Below are positions 54,040 to 64,000 of a stretch of DNA of 64,000 bases, piece after piece. A model generated the notes under the pieces. That model worked only from the letters and a program-made list of their open reading frames with translations, was not told where the DNA came from and did not search any database. How positions within the stretch are numbered: the stretch's first letter is position 1; every line of letters begins with the position of its first letter. Source of the DNA: Phoronis australis (taxonomy: Eukaryota > Animalia > Phoronida); NCBI GenBank assembly GCA_002633005.1, contig NMRA01000718.1, forward strand, positions 41,289 through 105,288, written 5' to 3'. Made by a program: the position numbers and the translations under genes.

Positions 54040-55184
54040 CATATACATATAGGGGTGCTAGATACTCATCTACATGAAAATAAAACTTACTTTGCCCGGA
54101 TATTGTTGGTATGGACACAATAGGCAGCTTATAAACAAGCAGGCCCCAAGAGGTTCGGGTGGGTGAGAATATTTGTTAAAAATGATTTATTTGAAACATT
54201 TAAAAGCGATATTGTTGACAAGTCGTATCAGGGTATATTTATTAGCTTCAAGACTAACTTATATACGCTCAGACTAATGTATAATTGTATTTTGCTGCTA
54301 CATACCATCTAAGAATTCTTCAAGGGGGTTGTGATGCGGATAGTTTCTATAGCCACCTATTATGCCCGACATAGCAGATGACGTTGTTATACGTGGAGAT
54401 TTTAACTCGAGAGTGGGTAACTTGAATGATTACATTCCAGATGTTGATTGTCAAGTAAATAAACGAGTCGTAATTGATAAAGCTGCAAATAGTCATGGTA
54501 GAAATTTGACTTTTTGTTTGGCTCTAAAATTTGCATAGCGAATGGTAGGAAAGATATAAGTGAAGATAACTTCACCACAATAAGTCATAGAGGAAGAGCT
54601 GTAGTAGACTACTTTATTGTCCCCTAGGAGTCGGTAGGTTACACTGAGAAGAGTTAAACTGGTTAAAAATAATCACTTAGGAACCAAAACTTTCCTTTTG
54701 TAGATGTGTTAAAATGGCTATTGTGTAGAAGAGTTTTACGTTTGCCGGTGTCTCAGACGTCCGTCATAGCTAGATTGAGAGCTGGTATTCTACCATTAGA
54801 GATTGAGATGAGGCGGTACTTGGGAATTCCTGTAAATAAACGGATTTGTCTAGTTTGTAAAAACGAAATTGAAGATGAAGTTCATCTCCTCTTTGATTGC
54901 AAAAAATTTATTCATATTCGACCATTTTTGTATGGGATTCTGTCCTCAAATATTTCAAAATAACTTGAAAGGTCTAGCGAAATTCATCCAAGACGCTTTG
55001 CAGGTTAGAAGTAATTATTTGTTGGTAAACTAGCCTGAAGTGGTCATATTTGAGTGTGTGCAATATGTTATGTCATGGTTTAATTGTTATTAGGTGACTG
55101 ACTAAGCCCATTGAGGCTGGGGGGTGTGTTGAATATTCTGTCTTTGAGATTGTGTTTACTGGCACCCTTGTGTCACTATAATAA

Positions 55185-55237
<53 letters not shown>

Positions 55238-55241
55238 TAAT
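54040..55241 (+). mobile_element. Internally deleted RTEX-like non-LTR retrotransposon with (TAA)n tail
   Basis: Endonuclease motifs GYCWYGHNR..RGSGG, VIRGDFNSRVG, NSHGRNL, GRAVVDYFIV, followed within ~150 bp by the C-terminal ARLRAGILPLEIE..RICLVCKNEIEDEVHLLFDC zinc finger; (AAT)n at 55186-55241. Confidence 0.82.
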
Positions 55242-56340
55242 ACATAAGAGGTGGCAACCACATGACTGGTGCACTCGTCATTCATGAACGAGTCTCACGA
55301 TAACCTTAGTTCACCTTCTAACAAACACGGTTCACCTAACAAAAGCTTGGCTACCCCCTCGCACTTGCCTTTGTGCAACCTTTCAACAAGAACATACCTT
55401 GACTGAAATTTATGCCGGCGGTTTATTGTCAGTGAGGGAAGGTCTCGAACTGAGTTGGCTACAGACCAAAATTACTACGTTTTTTCACCTAACTTCAGTT
55501 AGTAATACATGTACGTGTCTTTGACTTGTGGGTTTAACACAGGTTTAATCCATCGTTGATGTTTTTCTAATCATTGCTTACTACAACTCAGCAAAACAAA
55601 GAGTGGGAACCGAATTAGTTTTTAGTTAGAGTGCCCTGTCAGGCTCCTCTGGCAAAATGGGAAATTTGCACTGGTTGTTGTGATGGCATTTCATATAAAT
55701 TTAACGATTGCTGTCTTCTTGAAAACCTATTAATTTCGCTGCACGATGTTAATTTTATTTATGTTTTCCAGTTTACCGGTTCTCTTATATGTACGTCAGC
55801 GTTCCTGAAGTTTCCGTGTTCTTGTGGATTTTGACTGCCTCAAATTTTAACTTGTTGACTTCTCCTTTAAGGGTTGAACCAGTGGATTTTTAAATATTTT
55901 ATTTTAGCGTCAGTAGTGTTTTCTAAAGAATAGAAATAGGGATCACCGATTTAATTTTTGGTCTATTTCAACTCCAATAGCATTATTTAATAATAAGCAA
56001 TTTGAACTTCTTAAATGTTGACCACTTTAAAGATAAAAGATACTCCACTTATCTTCTTTCGATGTTACGTTGTTGTCGTGTATGCAGAGGGCGCCACTGG
56101 TATGATTTATGTTACGTTGTTATCGTGTATGTAGAGGGCGCATCTGGTATGACTAATGTTGTTATGGTGTATGAATTAAGTTACACTAACGGGGATCATT
56201 TTTTAAAAAACGTGGATATGAGTGATTTGACCCACACCGCCTCAAGAGTATGGCCCAATTTGGACGAACAATGGACCATGTTAGTTTGTTTCCTTTTTTG
56301 CTCTCAATTCTAAAAGGCTCGTCGGCCCGAGACAAGCAAT

Positions 56341-58003
56341 ACAAGAGCAACGCAGAGCGTTGAAATGCGCCCACAATTGCACCGTATACGGTATCCTTCT
56401 AGGGTTGTTTATTGGTACCATGAAGTGGCCAGTAGAGGGCATATATGTAGTATGTTGTACTTTGCAAAATGGAAAGGCATGGTCATTGTCTTCTCAATAG
56501 GCTAGGGGCAAAATGTGAGTGATCTTCATAATACAAGCACATCTTATACATCAGTTGCTTAAAGCACCACAGAAACATAGAATTGAAAACAAATTTACCA
56601 ACATACGAGATTAGCACAGCATTAGAATGCCAGAAACAAATTTCTACTTGGAACTTTTCCTTCACAGTCACGAAGTAACACAAAGTATACACCTGAAGAC
56701 CTATGAAAATACAGAGGTCAATGTAAAATACTAAAATTGCCACTAGAGGCATACCTGTAGTCAGAATCATCCTAAAGTCGTCATCGTCCGTTGTCAACAT
56801 CACATAAATACACTTGCTAAATTTAGTAAAGATCCTGCAAACGGTTTGTTAGATACAGCCATGGGCGCAAAAAAAAACTGCCACTAGGAGGCGCCACAGT
56901 AATCAAAGTCATGGTAAATTCAGCATCAACCGTCCTCTTCATAGTAAGAACATACATGTCAATTTTCACAATCATACTTATAGCGGTTTGGTTGATAGAG
57001 GGGTGGATGCCAAAAAACAGACTCAAAAACAGTAAAAATGGCCACTGGGTGTCGCAAACCAGGTCGAATCCATCCGAAAACGGGAGGATAGTGTCATCGC
57101 ACTAATAGGTGCCTACATACCAAATTTCATGAAAATCCGTTAAGGACTTGTGAAGATACAGAGGTAAATGTGAAAAAATAAAATTGCCACTAGGGGGCAC
57201 ACTGGTAGGCGGATCCGTCCAAAAGTCGTCATCGTCTGTTGTTAACATCATATAAATACACTTATTAAATTTCGTAAAGATCCTGTGAACGGTTTAGGAG
57301 ATACAGCCATAGACGCAAAAAAACAAACTGCCACTAGGAGGCGCCACAGTAGTCCAAATCGTCTAAAAATCATTGTCAGCTGTCCTCTTTATAGTAAGCA
57401 CATACACGCCAATTTTCACAATCATCCTTTGAGCGGTTTGGTTGATAGAGGGGTGGACGCAAAAATACAAACTCGAAAACAGTAAAAATGGCCACTACGT
57501 GGCGCAAACTATGTCGAATCCATCCGAAAACGGGAGGATAGCGTCATCTCACAAATAGGTGCCTACATACCAAATTTCATGAAAATCTGTTCAGGACTTT
57601 TGAAGATACAAAGCTAAGCGTAAAAAACTAAAATTGCCACTAGGGGGCACACCGGTAGTCGGATCCGTCCGAAAGTTCGCACATGCCGTNCCAAATTTCA
57701 TGAAAATCCGTTCAGGACTTTTGAAGATACAAAGGTAAGCGTAAAAAAATAAAATTGCCACTAGGGGGAACACCGGTAGTCGGATCCGTCCGAAAGTTCG
57801 CACATGCCGTCCCATTCATGAATGGAACATAGGTGCCAAATTTCATGAACGTATGTCAAAGGGTTTTGGAGATAGAGCAGCGGACGCCGGACGCCGGACG
57901 CCAGACGCCGGACGCCGGACACCGGACGCCGGACGGACGCCGCCCGGACGGACGGACAGAGATGACGGCATAATGCGTCCACATATGAATATGTGGGCGC
58001 ATA
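56341..58003 (-). mobile_element. Non-autonomous Helentron (DINE-1/HINE-like) element with internal tandem array
   Basis: On the minus strand: 5' subTIR/IR hairpin ATGCGCCCACATAT-TC-ATATGTGGACGCAT, (GTCC/GGCGTCC)n microsatellite 57880-57957, ~145/160-bp monomer array 56690-57870, 3' subTIR TGTGGGCGCAT, stem-loop CAACGC-TCT-GCGTTG, terminal CTTGT. Confidence 0.85.
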
Positions 58004-59196
58004 AAAAATGTTTTTAGAAAAAATACGGTTACGTGACTACAAATGTCCATGCCCATTTTTACGCACATAAAACTTTGCTTAGCTCAGCAAGGATATATGG
58101 TTTCCGGGGTTAAATCTTCGTAAATATTTGACAAAATGTGAACTTTGGTATCGAAGGTAGCAAGTTACCCGTGCCTGGTTGCATGCAAGAGTCTCAAATG
58201 AACTCAATTAGTTCCCAAAAGTTTCTGCCTAACTGTCTTTGTTCACTCCCTAATTTTATGTTTTATATTACTTTGCCTCTGTTATAGCTCCCTTTCATGC
58301 TATGAACATTCCCACTAAATAAGATTGGTCCTAACCCCAGTGATTAAGGTAAACGGCGGGGTATGGAAAATTGAAGTAGACCGTATTTATCCACCTTGGC
58401 TGAGTCGCACTCGGCTCACGATCAAAAGGATGCCGCCAAGCTGCTCTAGTCATCGAGTCACGAGCGAGGATAATTGGCTTCGCTCATGCGGATATGATCA
58501 GCTGATTACAATCTAGCTAGCAGACTGTACTTTTTATCATCAGGTTACCCATAGAGCACTGTGGCACCAAAGAAAATTGGTTACCTTTTCATGCCCAAAA
58601 AAGCTCTGGGATCCCCGTCTATGAGCAGTGACCAGTTTAAGCGAGAACTTCTCCACATATAGATAGTTGTTATCTATTGTCTATGGTTTCACTAATTGTC
58701 AAGACTACACGGCAGTAAACTTGTGTTATGAACTTTTAAGAGCCGAGATCGCAGAAGAGTTGCAAACATTAAGCCCAGTTCTGTAGCTGAGAAGCATTTA
58801 CCCAATGAGCTATATATTTTATTAGCTTAATTTATTTCATTGCTTTCATCCACGGTACAGCCTCAGTGACGTCAGAAGTGCGTTAACCAATAGGAATTAA
58901 CATTGGAAAAACATTTTTTGACAACAATGTGGAAGAATAACAAAGATGTGATTTCTGCTGTATATTCTATTCATAAATTAAGTTTAATTAAAAATGTACA
59001 TTTTGTACTTCAGGAACCTTTCAGGGGCCACGCAAGAATAAGGCTAGAGATTGGTGTTCATGAGTCTGATTTTTGAAATAAAGTGGTGTGTAATTGTCTG
59101 TAATGTGCACTAAAAAGAGTTCATTTGCTTTTTATTCTGACACGCTGGAATCCCACCAGGCGATGTCATTTTTCATATAAATGGAACCCAAGTTAG

Positions 59197-59484
59197 CATG
59201 CCCGCACTCAGCCTAAAATATAGGGGTGGGGGCTCAAATTTCTTTGATATGCTGACCTTTTACTGACAAAAAAAATCAACGAGGATTAAAATAATAAAAA
59301 ATTTAAAGAAATAAAAAACGGGGCCACTAGGTTCAGGCCTGCCAATTGTGCATCCGCGCCAAATTCCTGTAGACTTAGTGATTTTTGTCTCGTTTACTCG
59401 GACTTTTTGTTTCGCTGAGGCAGACCTTTTTGCCCAATTCGCCAAATCGGGGGACTTGTTTGAGCCCCCCTGGGTGCGCCCGTG
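59197..59484 (+). mobile_element. GC-rich MITE family B
   Basis: CATGCCCGCACTCAG...CTGGGTGCGCCCGTG; flanks GTTAG / GTTAC. Confidence 0.8.
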
Positions 59485-60292
59485 GTTACATCAGCCAATG
59501 ACGTGTACAGTGCTACGCAGTCCAGCGACAAATTGACAGTGACTTTGTTGCGGGCCATCGGAGACTTCTATAGTCAGTTATGCCAAAAATGTTGTCTGAA
59601 TAGACATATCAGTCCTCCTTAAGTAACAGTAATGGGTTTAGGACGTATGGTGCTGAGGATCCAAGATATCTGTACTGTTGCAGGTACCTTAAGGATTGTA
59701 ATAGCAAACAATTGACATACAATTAATATTGTTTTTAATTTCAAATTCTGGCGTGCGAGACAACTTCAGATTGGCTAAGACGTATTTCAGTTATCTGCGG
59801 TCCGTTTTATGTCCCCACATATGTGCAAGGGCATATTGCCACCATCTCTTTCTGGACGTCTGGCGTGTGCTGCTGTATCTTCTAAACGATATGCATGACC
59901 TTCATGAAATTGAACAGGTGTATACCTGTGAATCTGGCAATGGATGATGAGTTTTTAGCGGCAGTTACAAGTTTTATGCTTGCCTTGAGCTCCTTGCTAT
60001 TTTCAACATGCCATCTGATTTTGAACGCATTTGGTCTGTTCTGATGACATTACTTTAGGTCAAAACAGGAGCACGAACTTTAGAATTAGCACGTACGTAC
60101 ATGTAAATAAAGACATGTTAATCCTACGCTTAGGTTTATTACCTAAACCATTCTCAATGCAACAGCTCACATACTCAAACAGGCGACACAGGTGGAAAAC
60201 AAACCGTAGAGGTAAACGTCAAAGTGTATTGTGAGATGAGACAAGAAACCAAAACAGTTGGATCTCAAATAAGCCAATGTTTTTTTTTTGAT

Positions 60293-60620
60293 TTAGCGCT
60301 TGGCATGGTTCAATAGTAAATGCAAGGCCTCGTTTACGAGGAGCCTCAAGGTGGGATTGTCTTTGTCAAGGTCTGAACACCAAAGCAATCCAGTTGTCAA
60401 TGAGTGGTTGAGAACAGCACTGTGTGTGTCTTTAAAGTGTTCTTTGATTCTGATGCTAAGAATCTTGTTAGTCATTTCAATGTAAAACTGTCTAAATTCA
60501 TTACAGTTGAGTTGGTTGACAGCAGCACTTTGAGAATTACTCAATGGATGGTGTAATTTGTCGTCCAGACAAAGGGAATGGTGTAGTCTTACTTGATAAA
60601 TAGATTACATCTCTAAAATG
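60293..60620. mobile_element. Penelope-like element fragments (GIY-YIG on -, RT N-terminal motif on +)
   Basis: Minus strand FYIEMTNKILSIRIKEH..SAVLNHSLTTG..RLLVNEALH; plus strand VICRPDKGNGVVLLDK*DYISKM (~60553-60620). Confidence 0.75.
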
Positions 60621-61018
60621 TTTGTGAGTATTCAGTTCAATATTTACTGTTTAGAAATGGAAAAAGGTGCACCTAAAATATTCTGTTTAAGGAGTTGTGA
60701 ATTGCTGCCTGCACCTATAAGTGTGGCTGAAGCTCACCAGACTATGTGTGAAACAACTGAACATTTTTTGGAAATACATTCTTTCGGTTTCATTGAACAC
60801 ATAGAGATTTATCAATACCTAACAATTAAAATTCTTATGTTGACACACTCTATTTGATGTTGAAATGACACACCGTGATCCTTGCGAAAAGTCCTTGTTA
60901 TCGACATTCGAGCTTGCCATTTAAAGAAGTATACTACATTCCGTGTACTAGAAATTCAGACGAGATTAAGCAAACAACGTTCAGAGCATTCACTTCAGAT
61001 ATATTGTGAATTGAATTG

Positions 61019-61020
<2 letters not shown>

Positions 61021-61055
<35 letters not shown>
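61021..61055. repeat. (AC)n microsatellite
   Basis: About 17 perfect AC units. Confidence 0.98.
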
Positions 61056-61057
<2 letters not shown>

Positions 61058-61643
61058 TACATATAGTGGTGGAGGGAGAGGGAGAGAAAGGGAATATTAC
61101 AAGGCAACATTACAAAAGGAAAAAGCCCAATTCGAATTTTAAATTTAACCACCTAAACACAAAAAATGCAGCTTTAATTGTGTGATCTTCTATCGGATCA
61201 TGAAGGGTGAAAACAACTCGGCCCTAATTTACAAAAGCTTTAAACCTAAAATTTCTATTCCGTTAGTTTAGGGATCTCCACATACAAGTTCAAGAAGTGC
61301 AAACATGACTACTTTCTGAAGGCTTGTCATGATGAAATTAGTCACCCAGTGTCTGACACAAAAAGTCCGACAGGTTTATATTACACTATAAAGAACTAAT
61401 CATTTAACACACAATCTAAAAATACCAAACGCCACAGACAATTTAGACTCTCCAATGCTCTCTTCTATGTATTTTGGAATGTTTTCCTCTTTGTTCCCCT
61501 TCTGTATTTTGTTTTAGAAGTATTGTTCTTTTGTACAAGTAATATAACTTGTCTCAAAGGTGTCTTCATACAAGCACCTAACAAAACATTTTTGTTAGTC
61601 TCCTAGCCTTCATTATAAAGTCAACTTAGTGGTATAATTGTAA

Positions 61644-61649
61644 TTTATT
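61644..61649 (-). promoter_or_regulatory. Candidate polyadenylation signal (AATAAA) of the PARP gene
   Basis: AATAAA on the minus strand ~140 nt after the stop codon; positional inference only. Confidence 0.4.
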
Positions 61650-61786
61650 ATGGAATGGCTCAATATCTGGCTATCTACCTTGAGTTCAGGAGGTTCATAT
61701 TGCCAAAAAGAACACTTAATCAGAGAGCAACTTTTCTAAATAGAAACTGGGCTTCAAAATCAACTCACATATTTGTAAATACGTGG

Positions 61787-62064
61787 CTACTTGAAGACAA
61801 TGAGATATTCAGGGTACGCGGCATTGTCGTGAAATACAACAAATATACCAGGGCTTGCTGGATTGTCACATGTCGAGTCGTAAAGATCAGTTCCATTCTT
61901 AGTAGGAGGCTCTTTCATGCTACTATTTCCCACGGTAAATTCGCCAGTAAGCACTTTACATTGGTACACATGTTGCTGTCCACTGGCGTCAGGTTGGGCA
62001 TATGGATTGCGAGCTGAATAGTTTGCGTGCACTGCGAAATATACCCCGGATCCGTACAAAGTTG
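61787..62064 (-). CDS. PARP10/14/15-like mono-ADP-ribosyltransferase, terminal exon of the catalytic domain
   Basis: TTGCAG acceptor; (A)TLYGSGVYFAVHANYS..VYQCKVLTG..PP..YDSTCDNPASPGIFVVFHDNAAYPEYLIVFK*; Ile at the catalytic-Glu position (H-Y-I triad). Confidence 0.93.
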
Positions 62065-62575
62065 CTGCAAATAATTATAAAGAAGTTTTCATGAGGGAAT
62101 TGCAGGACGATACCTTCAGGTGTACTTTTTGAGGATTTCAAAGATCAGGACCTGAGGTGTAATTTTTGTGTTCAAAATCAACCTCGAAATTAGTTTTTGA
62201 CACTTTTTATTCTATAATATTTTCGTGAGAGCTCATAATATGTGTCGATTACTCTGTGCTAGAATGCACCATGTTTAGTTGGACGACCATCGAATTCTAG
62301 TTTGCACTTGATGACTCCTAGGTTCAAACTACAAACTCGAGATTTCCAGAAAAATCAAAACTTGCATTCAGGCTCAAACTGATATCTTTCTGGGGTCACC
62401 GAGTGCATAATAACACACTCGTCACTGTAAGAGAACGGAAATATTAAAAAGAATCCGAGTTCAAGCTCAGGTACAGAGATTGTACCACGGGCCCAGATGT
62501 TACATCACAAAATTGTTGTGGTCTTCCAAGATGACGCGGCATGCTACTTTAAGAAGACATGTAAAAGGAAATTAC

Positions 62576-62753
62576 CGTTCTTTCCACAAAAGCTCCTGTT
62601 GAACCCTCGATCATTGATCTAATCAACAGTGTCCGCACTGGTCCCATGGTATAGCACCCTCTCATTTTGTGTTCCCTGTGGATTTGTAGAGTCCATGTGC
62701 TGTTTGTGGCTGACGTAGGTTTTCCACAGTCGCTTATTCTGAATGCGATGAAT
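62576..62753 (-). CDS. PARP10/14/15-like gene, penultimate exon (contains an in-frame TAG; possible pseudogene)
   Basis: TTGCAG|IHRIQNKRLWKTY..NERVLYHGTSADTVD*INDRGFNRSFCGKN G|GTAATT; splices in frame to 62064; TAG at 62621-62619. Confidence 0.9.
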
Positions 62754-62903
62754 CTGCAATAACAGACGATTTCATGAGTCACTAACTATTCTTTAATAAG
62801 CGATAATTCAGAGAAATTCAGTACATAATTAAAAAGTTTGAGTATTTCGAACATCATAAAAAATTGAACACAAACTAGTAAAATCAAAATGTATTACCCA
62901 AAT

Positions 62904-62980
62904 TGTAGGAACAACAACGCTGATGGAACCAAAACTCAATATATTTATCTCTTCTAAGTCTAAAGCGCTATAATACTACA
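62904..62980 (-). repeat. Putative 3' LTR of the Gypsy element (77 bp), preceded by a polypurine tract
   Basis: Minus strand: GGGAAGAGA (62989-62981), then TGTAGTA...TCCTACA with inverted TGTAG/CTACA ends. Confidence 0.65.
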
Positions 62981-64000
62981 TCTCTTCCCAAGATAGTTTA
63001 AGAACATGTGTAAACGCTTTAAGCAATAAATGTCTTGAACTATGTTAATGTCCTTATCACTAAGCGCTGAAAACTAATCAAATGTTCAGAGGTTCAGGCG
63101 ATCCACTGGTTTTATTACCCGCTGAGAACGTCGTAGTTGGTGGGTCTGTGGGGTGTCTGCGGTAGGTGGGTTTGATGCCGGGTTTGAAAATGGTTTGAGG
63201 GTCGTCTCTTTTGGTGTAAAATTCTCTGGTGAGGCACTTTTCATATTTCCGGTATGAATCAACGCTGACCGGTTACGGCGAATTGTAGCACCGGACTCTG
63301 TGACGACAAGGTACATGTAGGATCTCGGGTTTGTCGAACTCTCTTTCACTTCGCCGTGTTTGTCTTGATCGCGCACCCAGACTTGGTCTCCAACACCTAA
63401 TACTGGTAGGGACATAGTTCGGTGTCTGTGGTCGAAGTTTGCTTTGTTCTTTGAGTTTCGCCGAGTTTATTTCGCCCTTACGGACTGATCATCGATAGAA
63501 TTGTGAAGAAGTGCTTTAGGCATGATCGGCAAAGTTGTTCGGAGCTGTCTGGACATGAGTAGTTGACTCGGAGACTTTCCATTGTGAATAGGTGTCGATC
63601 TGTATGCCAGGAAACCTAGGTGAGGATCAGTATTCTTTTTCAATATGTTCTTCGCAGTTTGGACTGCGCGCTCGGCTTCTCCGTTGCACTGAGAGTAGAG
63701 AGGTGAGGATGTCACATGAACGAAGCCGTAGTCTTTGGCAAACATGTCAAAGCTTTCACAAGCATACTGGGGACCATTGTCGGATATAACAATGTCTGGT
63801 ATTCCATGTGTACTGAATATTGACTTGAGTGCTTCAATCGTGTGTTGCGCAGTTGTCTGGCTAAGTCTTCGAACTTCGATCCATCTGGAGAAGTAGTCTA
63901 CCACAAGGACGTAGTGTTGTTTGTTCAGTTCGAACAAGTCGGTTCCAATTCGTTCCCAGGGTCGGGAAGGAAAAGATGAAGGCAACAAGGGCTCCTTCGT
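62904..64000 (-). mobile_element. Gypsy (Mag/K02A2.6-like) LTR retrotransposon, integrase and 3' end; continues past the window
   Basis: PWERIGTDLF, VVDYFSRW, ISDNGPQY, SSPLYSQCNGEAERAVQ, AYRSTP, SPSQLLMSRQLRT, then one stop, then GDQVWVRD..PRSY..RRNR..RRSQRVIKPVDRLNL. Confidence 0.95.

Noticed and set aside
60041-60068. Hammerhead-ribozyme-like CTGATGA...AAAC near the Penelope fragments
   Set aside because: The GAAA core is not intact, flanking stems are not evident, and it is on the opposite strand to the GIY-YIG.
61518-61592. LRR-looking peptide LFFCTSNITCLKGVFIQAPNKTFL as a fourth LRR exon (other candidates at ~55642, ~59683, ~60958)
   Set aside because: Available acceptors give the wrong phase or an early stop, or lack a polypyrimidine tract.

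Overview
Draft-assembly animal genomic DNA (AT-rich, several N-gaps, spliceosomal introns; the repeat repertoire suggests a marine invertebrate). It is not prokaryotic, and most ORFs in the supplied track are noise. Two host genes can be read by hand. (1) A + strand gene for a signal-peptide/leucine-rich-repeat (LRR) protein with three phase-compatible exons at 21629-21858, 41325-41405 and 47997-48068, separated by 19.5 kb and 6.6 kb introns; no 3' end was found. (2) The last two exons of a - strand PARP10/14/15-like mono-ADP-ribosyltransferase (62753-62576, 62064-61787), with an in-frame TAG and a Gypsy element in the intron upstream. The rest is mostly transposon debris: CR1/L2-, RTE-, RTEX- and Penelope-like retroelements, a Tc1, several Kolobok (TTAA) and ISL2EU-like (AT) derivatives carrying at least eight THAP-domain remnants, a 715-bp near-perfect foldback with an 8-bp TSD, a Helentron-type element with a periodic CTCF-like motif array, GC-rich MITEs with 5-bp TSDs, and tandem repeats. 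No rRNA, tRNA or CRISPR array was found. I see no clearly new biological system; the best leads are listed as findings. All family calls come from motif recognition by eye, not database searches.
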